From: Bacteroidales bacterium | GTDB lineage: Bacteria > Bacteroidota > Bacteroidia > Bacteroidales > TTA-H9 | DNA: 64,000 bases | Direction of reading: 5' to 3' | NCBI GenBank assembly: GCA_035411425.1 | Contig: DAONSX010000003.1 | Coordinates: forward strand, 27,534-91,533 | Part shown: in pieces, positions 38,563 to 47,011 of the stretch | Layout of the letters: every line of letters begins with the position of its first letter | Position numbering within the stretch: position 1 is the stretch's first letter | The notes under the pieces: model-generated | Database searches by the model: none | Told to the model about the DNA's origin: nothing | What the model saw: only the letters and a program-made list of their open reading frames with translations | Made by a program: the position numbers and the translations under genes

Positions 38563-39393
38563 ATGTCGTATAATTTACTAAAAGGAAAGAAAGGTATTAT
38601 TTTCGGCGCACTCGACCATAAGAGTATTGCATGGAAAGTTGCCGAAAAGGCCTACGAAGAAGGTGCACGCATCGTGCTCACCAACACTCCCGCTGCTATT
38701 CGTTTTGGAGAAATCGAACAATTGGCCGAAAAAACTCAGAGCATTGTCATTCCAGCCGATGCTACCAATGTCAATGACATTGAAAACGTCTATCTTCAAG
38801 GAATGGAATTTTTAGACGGGAAAATCGATTTTCTTCTGCATTCGATTGGAATGTCGATGAATGTGAGAAAAAATAGACCCTACGATGACGTGGATTACGA
38901 CTATTTCTTGAAAACACTCGACATTTCTGCCTTATCGTTCCACAAAATCGTTCAAGTGGCCAAGAAATTGGATGCCATCGAAGAATGGGGCAGCATAGTA
39001 GCCTTATCATACATTGCCGCTCAACGGACGCTCTTTCGATACAATGATATGGCCGACGCAAAGGCTACCCTCGAATCGATTGCCCGAAGCTTTGGATATA
39101 TTTACGGACGAGAAAAAAAAGTAAGGATCAATACGGTTTCGCAATCACCTACACTTACAACCGCTGGAAGCGGTGTAAAAGGAATTGACGATTTGTACGA
39201 CTTTACCGACAGAATGTCTCCATTGGGAAATGCCTCCGCCGAAGAATGTGCCGCTTACATCATCACCCTTTTCTCTGACCTCACGCGAAAGGTAACCATG
39301 CAAAATCTATTTCATGACGGGGGTTTTTCGAGCATGGGAATGAGTGCCCGCGCCATGACCATGTATTGCCATAGCCTTAACCCTGAAGAATGA
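38563..39393 (+). CDS. fabI: Enoyl-[acyl-carrier-protein] reductase (NADH) FabI
   Basis: LKGKKGIIFGALDHKSIAWKVAE..GA is the FabI-type nucleotide-binding start. An SDR-like core follows. The ATG at 38563 is preferred over the ORF-track TTG at 38530. Confidence 0.8.
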   Translation: MSYNLLKGKKGIIFGALDHKSIAWKVAEKAYEEGARIVLTNTPAAIRFGEIEQLAEKTQSIVIPADATNVNDIENVYLQGMEFLDGKIDFLLHSIGMSMNVRKNRPYDDVDYDYFLKTLDISALSFHKIVQVAKKLDAIEEWGSIVALSYIAAQRTLFRYNDMADAKATLESIARSFGYIYGREKKVRINTVSQSPTLTTAGSGVKGIDDLYDFTDRMSPLGNASAEECAAYIITLFSDLTRKVTMQNLFHDGGFSSMGMSARAMTMYCHSLNPEE

Positions 39394-39465
39394 ACATGTG
39401 AACCCGACGAAGAAACCTGATACGAGAATTTTTTCTAAATTTTGATAAGCATCAGAATGAATTGC

Positions 39466-41052
39466 TTAGGAGGTTCCGGGATGCTGGATATCAAGTACCT
39501 TTTTTATGCCTAATTTTCGTATCTTGGAATCCAGAGTTTTTGGATTTATACCTAAAAGCCGAGCTGCACCATCTTCACCACTCACCTTCCCGTTGGTCAA
39601 ACGAAGAGCCTCTAAAATATGCTCTATCTCAACTTCTTTGAGGGTCTTCATTGTTTTTCTGAGTTTTTCGACTTGAAACAGAGAGGGCGATGTTTTGAAA
39701 TCACTAAAATTCAATATATCACCTGTAGTCAAAATAACTGCCTTTTGAATGATATGCTTAAGTTCACGAACATTCCCCGGCCATTGATAGTTCATGAGTT
39801 TTTGCATGTCCATTTCACTTATCTTTAGGTAGGGCTTACCCAACACCCCCCCATAATATTCGATGAAATAATGGATAAGGGCCGGAATATCTTCTACACG
39901 CTCCCTCAAAGGAGGGATATAAATCGGAAATGCATTCAAACGGAAATAAAGATCGCTGCGAAATCTTCCGGCTTTTATTTCTTCTTCGAGCTTACGATTA
40001 CTGGCTGCCACAATCCTCACATCAACATGTATAGTTTGTGTGCCGCCTATTCGTTCTATATCCTTCTCCTGAAGAACTCTGAGAAGTTTTGCCTGTAATT
40101 CGAAAGGCATGTCACCTATTTCATCTAAAAAAATGGTACCCCCATTGGCCAGTTCGAATTTTCCGATCCGACGCTCGGAGGCTCCCGTAAAACTCCCCTT
40201 CTCATGTCCAAAAAGCTCCGATTCGATAAGGTTGGGTGGCAAAGCCGCACAATTCACCATTACCAACGGACCCTTATTCCGTGAGGAACTGCAATGTATG
40301 GCTTTTGCAATAAGCTCTTTCCCCACACCGGTTTCCCCTTCCAATAATACCGTGGAATCCGTTGGAGCTACCTGCCTGACCTTATACAATACTTGCTTCA
40401 TTTGCTGGCTCTCCGCCACTAAGTCCTCTTTGCCAAACTTAAATTGCCATTCCTTTAATGAGGCTTTCTTTTCGTTCTCTAACTGAGCTCTTAATTGCTG
40501 ACATTGCTCGAACGAAAAATAATTCTCAATAATCAATCTTATTTGAGGTAATAAACATTCCAACACCATTGTTTCTTCTTCGCTAAATGCATCGGCCGAT
40601 TTGCTGCCTAATGATAATATCATCTTACGCGATTCTTCCGGGTTCAAAGCCATAAAAACTACCGATCGAATATTTAAGTTGCGGATTTCCCGATAAAGAC
40701 TGTCCGAACCAATGAGTGCCAGAAATTTTTCACTGCTCAGGCGAAATAGAGACGGGCTCCCCTTGCTAAAATATTCCCTTTTGGGTGGTAAAATTTTGAA
40801 GCTGTCAGGTAAATGTATAAACCGAAAAGAATCATCTTCCAATTTTATAAAAGTTGCTTCGATAATAACATCTAAGCTGGCATTGAGAATGGCAAAATTA
40901 AAAATATCGAATTTTACCAGCTTGTGTAATTCCCTGCTCAAATGCAGGAAGATATCAGGATGGTTTATTACCTCGAGAAGATGTTTTACAAAGTCAACCT
41001 GAAGCTGGCTTATCTGCTTCAATTTTTCGATTTCATTATCGTAAATCTTCAT
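39466..41052 (-). CDS. Sigma-54-dependent transcriptional activator (bacterial enhancer-binding protein) with a GAF-like N-terminal sensory region and no receiver domain
   Basis: AAA+ core with Walker [16 protein letters not shown], the sigma-54 contact loop [15 protein letters not shown] (a GAFTGA variant), and RVIAASNR-type sensor [12 protein letters not shown]-terminal Fis-type [24 protein letters not shown]. Confidence 0.92.
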   Translation of the reverse strand: MKIYDNEIEKLKQISQLQVDFVKHLLEVINHPDIFLHLSRELHKLVKFDIFNFAILNASLDVIIEATFIKLEDDSFRFIHLPDSFKILPPKREYFSKGSPSLFRLSSEKFLALIGSDSLYREIRNLNIRSVVFMALNPEESRKMILSLGSKSADAFSEEETMVLECLLPQIRLIIENYFSFEQCQQLRAQLENEKKASLKEWQFKFGKEDLVAESQQMKQVLYKVRQVAPTDSTVLLEGETGVGKELIAKAIHCSSSRNKGPLVMVNCAALPPNLIESELFGHEKGSFTGASERRIGKFELANGGTIFLDEIGDMPFELQAKLLRVLQEKDIERIGGTQTIHVDVRIVAASNRKLEEEIKAGRFRSDLYFRLNAFPIYIPPLRERVEDIPALIHYFIEYYGGVLGKPYLKISEMDMQKLMNYQWPGNVRELKHIIQKAVILTTGDILNFSDFKTSPSLFQVEKLRKTMKTLKEVEIEHILEALRLTNGKVSGEDGAARLLGINPKTLDSKIRKLGIKKVLDIQHPGTS

Positions 41053-41413
41053 GACAAAGCCCTTTCAAGATTTTCAAATCCAACGAAAAAGCAAAGATGA
41101 TCATTCGTAAGATAAAAAGCAATACAAAGGGATGAAACTTGGCTGTGGAAATGTCGAATCGATAATGATAAGGAAAATTCCGAAGCCTGATAAGTTCAAG
41201 GGACGGAATCCAATGTTGAAGCATACACTTGGCTTCGCCGGCCGTATTATGAAGACCGCACTTCTGGTAAATGGCTTCGAAAAATGGTATTAATCCGAGA
41301 AAGCAAGAGTGAATTAGAACCAAATAACTGTTTTTCGGGCAAAAAGCTCGATGTTCATCCATAATAATGGCATTGGCTTCATGAATAGGAAATAAACTCT
41401 CTATGGCATTCAT
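41036..41413 (-). CDS. Hypothetical 125-aa protein, possibly co-transcribed and translationally coupled with the sigma-54 activator
   Basis: The ORF overlaps the activator start by 17 nt and is preceded by a TAnnTTTG box 30 nt upstream. It contains 5 Cys and several His. No family recognised, so it could be non-coding leader. Confidence 0.35.
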   Translation of the reverse strand: MNAIESLFPIHEANAIIMDEHRAFCPKNSYLVLIHSCFLGLIPFFEAIYQKCGLHNTAGEAKCMLQHWIPSLELIRLRNFPYHYRFDISTAKFHPFVLLFILRMIIFAFSLDLKILKGLCHEDLR

Positions 41414-41443
41414 AAAAAGGGGAATTTCTGAAATTTAAGAATG

Positions 41444-41451
41444 CAAAAATA
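41444..41451 (-). promoter_or_regulatory. Bacteroidota-type -7 promoter box (TAnnTTTG) for the 125-aa ORF / activator operon
   Basis: The minus strand reads TATTTTTG, 30 nt upstream of the ATG at 41413. Confidence 0.4.
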
Positions 41452-41456
41452 GGAAA

Positions 41457-41472
41457 TTCTTAATATTAAGAA
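41457..41472. promoter_or_regulatory. Perfect 16-bp palindrome, candidate upstream activating sequence (EBP binding site)
   Basis: TTCTTAATATTAAGAA equals its own reverse complement. Its centre lies about 84 nt upstream of the -24 GG of the sigma-54-type promoter. Confidence 0.4.
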
Positions 41473-41546
41473 AAATAATATTTCGGGGAAAATTATATTC
41501 CATTGAAAATCAATATAAAACAAAAGGAAAAAAATTTTTGGCACTA

Positions 41547-41561
41547 TGGCTTTAATTTTGC
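41547..41561 (+). promoter_or_regulatory. Sigma-54 (-24/-12) type promoter
   Basis: TGGCtttaattTTGCt: the GG (41548-49) and GC (41560-61) have the canonical spacing of TGGCAC-N5-TTGC. About 130 nt upstream of the ATG at 41694 and next to a divergent sigma-54 activator gene. Confidence 0.6.
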
Positions 41562-41693
41562 TATTCTTCACAGTCAATTTAAAAAACAAAAATCCTTTCG
41601 TCTTTACGACATGAATTTTTCCAAAAAAAGTTGTCCGAAGATGCGGGAAAAAACCTTAAAAACCAATTCATAAATTTAAAAAAACCCAAGTGT

Positions 41694-42212
41694 ATGAAAA
41701 AGTTAGGATTATTTACTGCAGGCCTTTTCGTAATGGTCTTTGCCGCTCAAAATGTGAACGCCCAATCAGGTGCACAGGCAAGTGCAAGCGCTAATGCAAC
41801 AGCAACTGTGGTCTCGGTTGTCACCGTTGCCAAATCAGCAGACCTTGATTTTGGTACCTTTGCCAGTGGATTAACAGCGGGTACCGTATCAATGGAAACA
41901 AATGGGGACAGATATAAAACAGGAGGTGTTGTCCTCTTACCTACGGATGTGGGTAACCCTGCAACCTTTACTGCGTATGGACCAGCTACTGAACATTATT
42001 TTATAACTTTACCTGACGATGATGATGTTACCCTTACTTTATCAGGTGGTACTGAGACGATGGACATTAGTGGATTTATTCATAATGCTTCTGGAATTTT
42101 TGGTGCCGGCGGTTCTGAATCATTCAATGTAGGAGGAGTATTAAATGTTCATGCACTTCAAGCTGCAGGACTATATACCGGAACTTTCGATGTAATCGTT
42201 ACCCTGCAATAA
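41694..42212 (+). CDS. Secreted DUF4402-like (spore-coat-U/Csu-like) putative major fimbrial subunit
   Basis: Signal peptide MKKLGLFTAGLFVMVFAAQNVNA. The mature N-terminus is Ala/Ser-rich followed by an alternating strand TATVVSVVTVA. The DLDFGTF...GTVSM..NGDR..TGGV motif matches the DUF4402 pattern. The ATG at 41694 is preferred over the TTG at 41631. Confidence 0.6.
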   Translation: MKKLGLFTAGLFVMVFAAQNVNAQSGAQASASANATATVVSVVTVAKSADLDFGTFASGLTAGTVSMETNGDRYKTGGVVLLPTDVGNPATFTAYGPATEHYFITLPDDDDVTLTLSGGTETMDISGFIHNASGIFGAGGSESFNVGGVLNVHALQAAGLYTGTFDVIVTLQ

Positions 42213-42231
42213 TGAAATCAACTTCTTAGTA

Positions 42232-42264
42232 AAGGGGCGGCCTAAAGCTGCCCTTTTAATTTTT
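42232..42264 (+). terminator. Hairpin plus T-run directly after the first subunit gene (candidate intra-operon attenuator)
   Basis: Stem 42232-42241 pairs with 42247-42256 (10 bp, two G-U pairs) across the loop ctaaa, followed by taattttt. It lies between the stop at 42212 and the chaperone start at 42277. Confidence 0.45.
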
Positions 42265-42276
42265 AAAAACGAACGA

Positions 42277-43158
42277 ATGCACAAGGGAAAACTTATAAAA
42301 ACAAGACTGCAACACAGGGGAAGGGCTTATGGTGTTAAAGGGGGATGGTTTTTCGTTATTTTACTTTTAGTGTGTCCATTTTTAGGGATAGCGCAGGGCG
42401 ATTTGCTCATTACTCCACGGCGGGTGGTGTTGGAAGGAAACAAGAAAACAGAAGAGATAGCGGTAGCCAATGTAGGGCAAGATACGGCATTCTATAATAT
42501 TTCACTGATAGAATTCCACATGCATGAAGATGGGCGTATGGAACAGATTACCGAACCCATGTCCGGGCAGAAGTTTGCTACGCCAATGTTGCGTTTTTTC
42601 CCGCGTTCCATCAAGCTTGCGCCTCAGGAATCACAAGTTATACGAATACAGGTAAGGCGGCTTCCCAATATGGAAGAAGGCGAATATCGTTCGCACCTTT
42701 ATTTCAGGGCTGTACCCAAATCGAGGCCAGAAGGCGAAAAAACCGAAGAAACCGACACTACTTCTCTCAAAATAAGGCTCATCCCTATCTATGGCATCTC
42801 CATTCCAGTTATCGTACGCATCGGTAATTTGTCGGCTACTTTAACCATCAGTGATTTAAGCCTCGAGCAGCAGGAAGGGCAAACCACGCGGCTTAAGATG
42901 ACATTGAACCGCCAGGGCACGCAATCGGTTTATGGCAATGTTACGGTAGATTATGTTGCTCCCGGAAAAGAACCCGTAAGAGTAAGCCTGGTAAAAGGGG
43001 TTGCCGTTTACACGCCCAATACTTTACGCTATTTTTCGATGCCTTTGACACTTCCCGAAGGGTTTAGTTGGGATAAAGGAAAACTTGTAATACGTTTTAC
43101 CGATGCAAACGAAGCAAAACCTTATATCTTCGACGAAAAAGAATTGGTATTGCCTTGA
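42277..43158 (+). CDS. PapD-like periplasmic fimbrial chaperone
   Basis: Signal-like segment WFFVILLLVCPFLGIAQG. LLITPRRVVLEGN..TEEIAVANVG....YNISL and LRFFPRSIKLAPQESQVIRIQVRRLP..EEGEYRSHLYF.AVP follow the pili-assembly-chaperone N-domain pattern. Confidence 0.6.
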   Translation: MHKGKLIKTRLQHRGRAYGVKGGWFFVILLLVCPFLGIAQGDLLITPRRVVLEGNKKTEEIAVANVGQDTAFYNISLIEFHMHEDGRMEQITEPMSGQKFATPMLRFFPRSIKLAPQESQVIRIQVRRLPNMEEGEYRSHLYFRAVPKSRPEGEKTEETDTTSLKIRLIPIYGISIPVIVRIGNLSATLTISDLSLEQQEGQTTRLKMTLNRQGTQSVYGNVTVDYVAPGKEPVRVSLVKGVAVYTPNTLRYFSMPLTLPEGFSWDKGKLVIRFTDANEAKPYIFDEKELVLP

Positions 43159-43240
43159 AAAACTTCACTTGATAAATTTTTGTATCGTAGAGGTAAATAT
43201 AAAAATAATCAAATAAGATGATGAGAAGAAAAAGAATAAA

Positions 43241-43741
43241 ATGCCCAAGGATATGCGGAGAGTAAAGATTTTCATTGGTCTTATTTTTTTTTCATTTTCT
43301 CTTTATGCCCAAAGGACCAGCGAATTAAAGGTTCATGTAAGTCAAGAATTATCATTCGGTTCATTTTATAGTGGACGTAGTGGTGGAACTATTACTATTT
43401 CTCCAGATGGCAATCGATGGGTCACGGGTGAAATTATCTTATTAGTCAATTCGAGTGGATGTCCTGCTTTATTAGAAATTGAAGCACCTCCTAACCGTAC
43501 CATTCATGTTGAATTTCCCGTTTCTGCAGAAATAAAGCAGGCAGGGGGTCAGCAAAACCTTACTATCAATAATTTTACCACCGATAAACTCAACAATAGT
43601 TTATTAACTTCCTCCAGAGACCTTCCTTACGGAAATCAGGTTAGGGTCGGGGCAACGCTTACAGTACCAGGCTCAGTCACCCTTTCTTCCGGAAATTATA
43701 TTGGCAATTTCAGAATAAATGTAGTATGTATTCAGGAATAG
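43241..43741 (+). CDS. Second DUF4402-like putative fimbrial subunit (minor or tip)
   Basis: Signal peptide ending SLYAQ. ELSFGSFYSGRSGGTITISPDGNRWVTGEIILL parallels the motif in the first subunit. Confidence 0.55.
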   Translation: MPKDMRRVKIFIGLIFFSFSLYAQRTSELKVHVSQELSFGSFYSGRSGGTITISPDGNRWVTGEIILLVNSSGCPALLEIEAPPNRTIHVEFPVSAEIKQAGGQQNLTINNFTTDKLNNSLLTSSRDLPYGNQVRVGATLTVPGSVTLSSGNYIGNFRINVVCIQE

Positions 43742-43747
43742 ATTAAT

Positions 43748-46678
43748 GTGCATAACAACAAATCCTTCTTTTGCTACCTTCATTTCTTATTGGGAAAAGC
43801 CATACATCAATTTCCTATCCTGTGGATTTTATGGCTAGCATTTTTTATTTCGAATCCTCTCAAAATAAATTGTCAAAACAATCAAAGCGAAGAACTACCA
43901 GCGATAGAAGAAATTCCTGTCAGCATACGGATAGAAAGTGTAGGGGCAGGTATGATGAATTCCCTCTATGAGTATGAATCGGAGAAGCTGTTTTTGCCCG
44001 TATTAGAATTATTCCGATTTCTTCAGATAAAGGCAGAACCTTCGGTTACACTCGATTCTATCAGCGGTTTCATAGGAAAAGAGGAGTACCGCTATCTTAT
44101 TGATAACCATTACAAAAAGATCTTTTTCAGGGGGAAAGATTTTTCCATAGCTGAAAATCAGTCGATGAATACGGGAGACGATCTTTACATAGATTCTCGT
44201 CTTTTTGGTGAAATATTCGGTTTGCATTGCAAGTTCAACTTTCGCAATCTTTCTGTTACGATAAAACCCGATTTCGAATTGCCTGTCATAAGGAAAATGA
44301 GGATCGAACAATTCAGAAAGAACATCAAACAGTTAAGAGGTGAGGTAGAAGCAGATACTACTTTAAAGCACCAGCATGAGCTTTGGAAATTCGGTATGAT
44401 GGATTGGGCTGCCACTTCGACACAAAGCACCGACAGCAAAACCAGCAGCCAGTTTTGGTTAAGAACCGGTGCCGAAGCATTATATGGCGAAACCAATTTG
44501 CAGCTTTATTATTCCTCGCTTAATGAATTTACGAACCGCAACTTACAATACTACTGGCGATGGGTGGACAACCAGAATAAAGTCATTCGCCAGGTAAGAG
44601 CAGGCAGAATATCTCCTATGTCTATTTCTTCCATCTATAATCCTATAACAGGCATCAGCATTACCAATGCTTCGACCTTATATCGTCGTTCTTTTGGAGA
44701 ATACACTATTTCCGACTACACCGAGCCAGGCTGGACTGTCGAACTTTACGTAAACAATGTGATTGTAGATTATCAAATTGCCGATGCTTCAGGGTTTTAC
44801 AAATTCAATATTCCTTTGGTATATGGAGCTTCGGAGGTGATGCTGAAATTTTATGGGCCTTATGGTGAAGAACGCATTCAGCGTATATTCCTAAATGTTC
44901 CTTTTAGCTTCCTACCGCCAGGTGAGCTGGAATATACTGTGAATTCTGGTCTTGTTCTCGATGACAAGAACTCACATTTTGAAAGAGCCGATGTAAAATA
45001 TGGCGTCAAACGTTATCTGACCATTGGGGGTGGTTTCGAATATCTGTCTTCTATCGTTTCGGGCAAGGAAATACCTTTTATAAATGCATCCGTTGCGCCA
45101 GTCCGGAATTTACTCATTAGCAGTGAATATGCCAAAGGAGTACAAACCAAATTGTTGGCAAATTACAGGCTTGTATCGGGTTCATCGTTCGAGCTAAAAT
45201 ATACTCATTATGTTCCCGGGCAGCAAGCCGTGCGGGTAAGCTATCTGGAGGATTGGCAAGCCACTCTTTCGATGCCGGTTCGTTTCCCAAAATTCAGTGC
45301 TTATTCTCGTCTATCGTATAGGCGAAATGTATATAAAACAACTACTTACAACATTGCCAGTATTACACTTTCGTCATATATAAAAAAACTGAATGCCAGT
45401 ATAAGTGCGTATGCCAATTGGATGGATGGAGACGATCCATTCATTTATGCAAATATCGGACTCGGTTTGCCTCAATGGAAAGGATTTACCTCCCGCGTAC
45501 AATCGCAAATCAATTTTAGCGACAATAGGGTTATTTCTCTCAGAGCCGAAATAGAGAAACGGATATTGCGGCAGGGATACCTTTCCCTAATGGGCGAGGA
45601 AAATTTCCAATCGAAATATCGTGCAATTAGCCTTTCTTTTCGATGGACTGTTCCTTTTTCGCAGGTAAATTTAGCTACTCGCTTGTCGAACAACGAATTT
45701 ATGATTACCGAAGGAGCTCAGGGCAGTTTTGCCTTTGGAAGCGGGAAAGGCTATGTGCATGCCGAAGATCGTCCTTCCGTAGGAATGGGAGGATTATCCA
45801 TCATTTCTTTTATAGACCTCAATCACAATTACAAAAGAGACAGTGGCGAACGCTTGGTTAAGGGGCTTGCCATGCGCATCAATGGCGGTCGTGTCATACA
45901 GGGGGAAAAAGATTCTATTATCCGTGTGGTGGGTTTAATTCCCTATACCGACTATATCCTTACCATAGACGAAAAAAGTCTCGAAGAGATTTCTTATCGT
46001 ATTGCGCATAAAGTCATTCGCATTTATGCCGAGCCTAATCAATTCAAAAAAATAGAGATTCCTGTACTGCCCATGGGAGAAATAAACGGCTGGGTATTGA
46101 GGAAAGACGGTACCGGCCAAAGAGGCGAAGGACACATCATCATCGATATTTATTCGTCCATAGGGAAAAAGATAGCTTCTACGATTACCGAAAGAGATGG
46201 CGCATTTAGTTATCTTGGCTTACCTCCTGGCCATTACATAGCCCGCTTAGATTCGGCTCAAGTGGCAAAACTTGGCATAGTGTCATCTCCTTCCGAAATA
46301 CCTTTCGAAATCAAACCCGACGTTCTGGGCGATGTGGTTTACGATTTGAACTTTTTCGTCGAAAGACCTCCAACAGAGGACAAAAAAATTACCGAAACCC
46401 CAAAAGACACTCTAAAAGTTACAGAAATAAGAATACCGCTTGTTCAAGAGTTTTACACTCTTCAAACGGGGGCTTTCAAACATAAGCATAATGCCGAACA
46501 ACTTTCCGAAACCCTGAAAAGAACCTTTGAATTACCTGTCTGGATAAAATATGAAAACAAACTTTACAAAGTAAGAATAGGCAGATTTTCCGACTATATC
46601 GAAGCAAAAAACTTTCGAAGTATGCTAAGAGAAAAAGGATTCGACGCTTTCATCATCGAAAAAAAGAGCAATAACTGA
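43748..46678 (+). CDS. Usher-like outer-membrane protein with C-terminal CarboxypepD_reg-like and SPOR (peptidoglycan-binding) domains
   Basis: 976 aa and beta-rich. The segment WTVELYVNNVIVDYQIADASGFYKFNIPLVYGASEVMLKFYGPYGEE resembles the conserved usher motif (V.V..NG......V..G.F.I......G....V.....G.E). The C-terminus YTLQTGAFKHKHNAEQL...YKVRIGRFSDYIEAKNFRSMLREKGFDAFII is a SPOR domain. The GTG start is uncertain. Confidence 0.55.
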   Translation: MHNNKSFFCYLHFLLGKAIHQFPILWILWLAFFISNPLKINCQNNQSEELPAIEEIPVSIRIESVGAGMMNSLYEYESEKLFLPVLELFRFLQIKAEPSVTLDSISGFIGKEEYRYLIDNHYKKIFFRGKDFSIAENQSMNTGDDLYIDSRLFGEIFGLHCKFNFRNLSVTIKPDFELPVIRKMRIEQFRKNIKQLRGEVEADTTLKHQHELWKFGMMDWAATSTQSTDSKTSSQFWLRTGAEALYGETNLQLYYSSLNEFTNRNLQYYWRWVDNQNKVIRQVRAGRISPMSISSIYNPITGISITNASTLYRRSFGEYTISDYTEPGWTVELYVNNVIVDYQIADASGFYKFNIPLVYGASEVMLKFYGPYGEERIQRIFLNVPFSFLPPGELEYTVNSGLVLDDKNSHFERADVKYGVKRYLTIGGGFEYLSSIVSGKEIPFINASVAPVRNLLISSEYAKGVQTKLLANYRLVSGSSFELKYTHYVPGQQAVRVSYLEDWQATLSMPVRFPKFSAYSRLSYRRNVYKTTTYNIASITLSSYIKKLNASISAYANWMDGDDPFIYANIGLGLPQWKGFTSRVQSQINFSDNRVISLRAEIEKRILRQGYLSLMGEENFQSKYRAISLSFRWTVPFSQVNLATRLSNNEFMITEGAQGSFAFGSGKGYVHAEDRPSVGMGGLSIISFIDLNHNYKRDSGERLVKGLAMRINGGRVIQGEKDSIIRVVGLIPYTDYILTIDEKSLEEISYRIAHKVIRIYAEPNQFKKIEIPVLPMGEINGWVLRKDGTGQRGEGHIIIDIYSSIGKKIASTITERDGAFSYLGLPPGHYIARLDSAQVAKLGIVSSPSEIPFEIKPDVLGDVVYDLNFFVERPPTEDKKITETPKDTLKVTEIRIPLVQEFYTLQTGAFKHKHNAEQLSETLKRTFELPVWIKYENKLYKVRIGRFSDYIEAKNFRSMLREKGFDAFIIEKKSNN

Positions 46679-47011
46679 CATTATGGCTTTTATCACAAAA
46701 AATAGTTCGAGTATAGTATCTGAATGGAAATCAATATGGAAAAGAAGTTCAACGGGAATACTACGAATCTGGCACAAATTTGGAGGCGGTAAGAGCGAAA
46801 TATCAAAAAGTGAAAGTTTTTCGGCACCAATCTGGATGAAAAGAAATTCGTAACGTGTTTCTTTCATCAGTTACAGCAGAAGAATATTTCAAAAAATGGT
46901 TCAGGAATGATGAATCAAGATATCAGCAGAAGCCTGCAAGTTTTTCTGCAATAATTGGGGTTGAAAGACAGAAATTAAAGAATTAATAACTAACTAAAAC
47001 AAGAAAAAGCT

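Noticed and set aside
41539-41544. Exact TGGCAC hexamer as the -24 element of the sigma-54 promoter
   Set aside because: With this register the -12 position falls on cttt (41550-41553), not TTGC. The TGGC at 41547-41550 gives the correct GG-N10-GC spacing, so the hexamer is noted but not called as the -24 box.
46625-46867. 80-aa minus-strand ORF in the spacer between the usher-like gene and the porin gene
   Set aside because: It overlaps the 3' end of the usher-like CDS. It has no promoter box or signal features, and the sequence is not recognisable.
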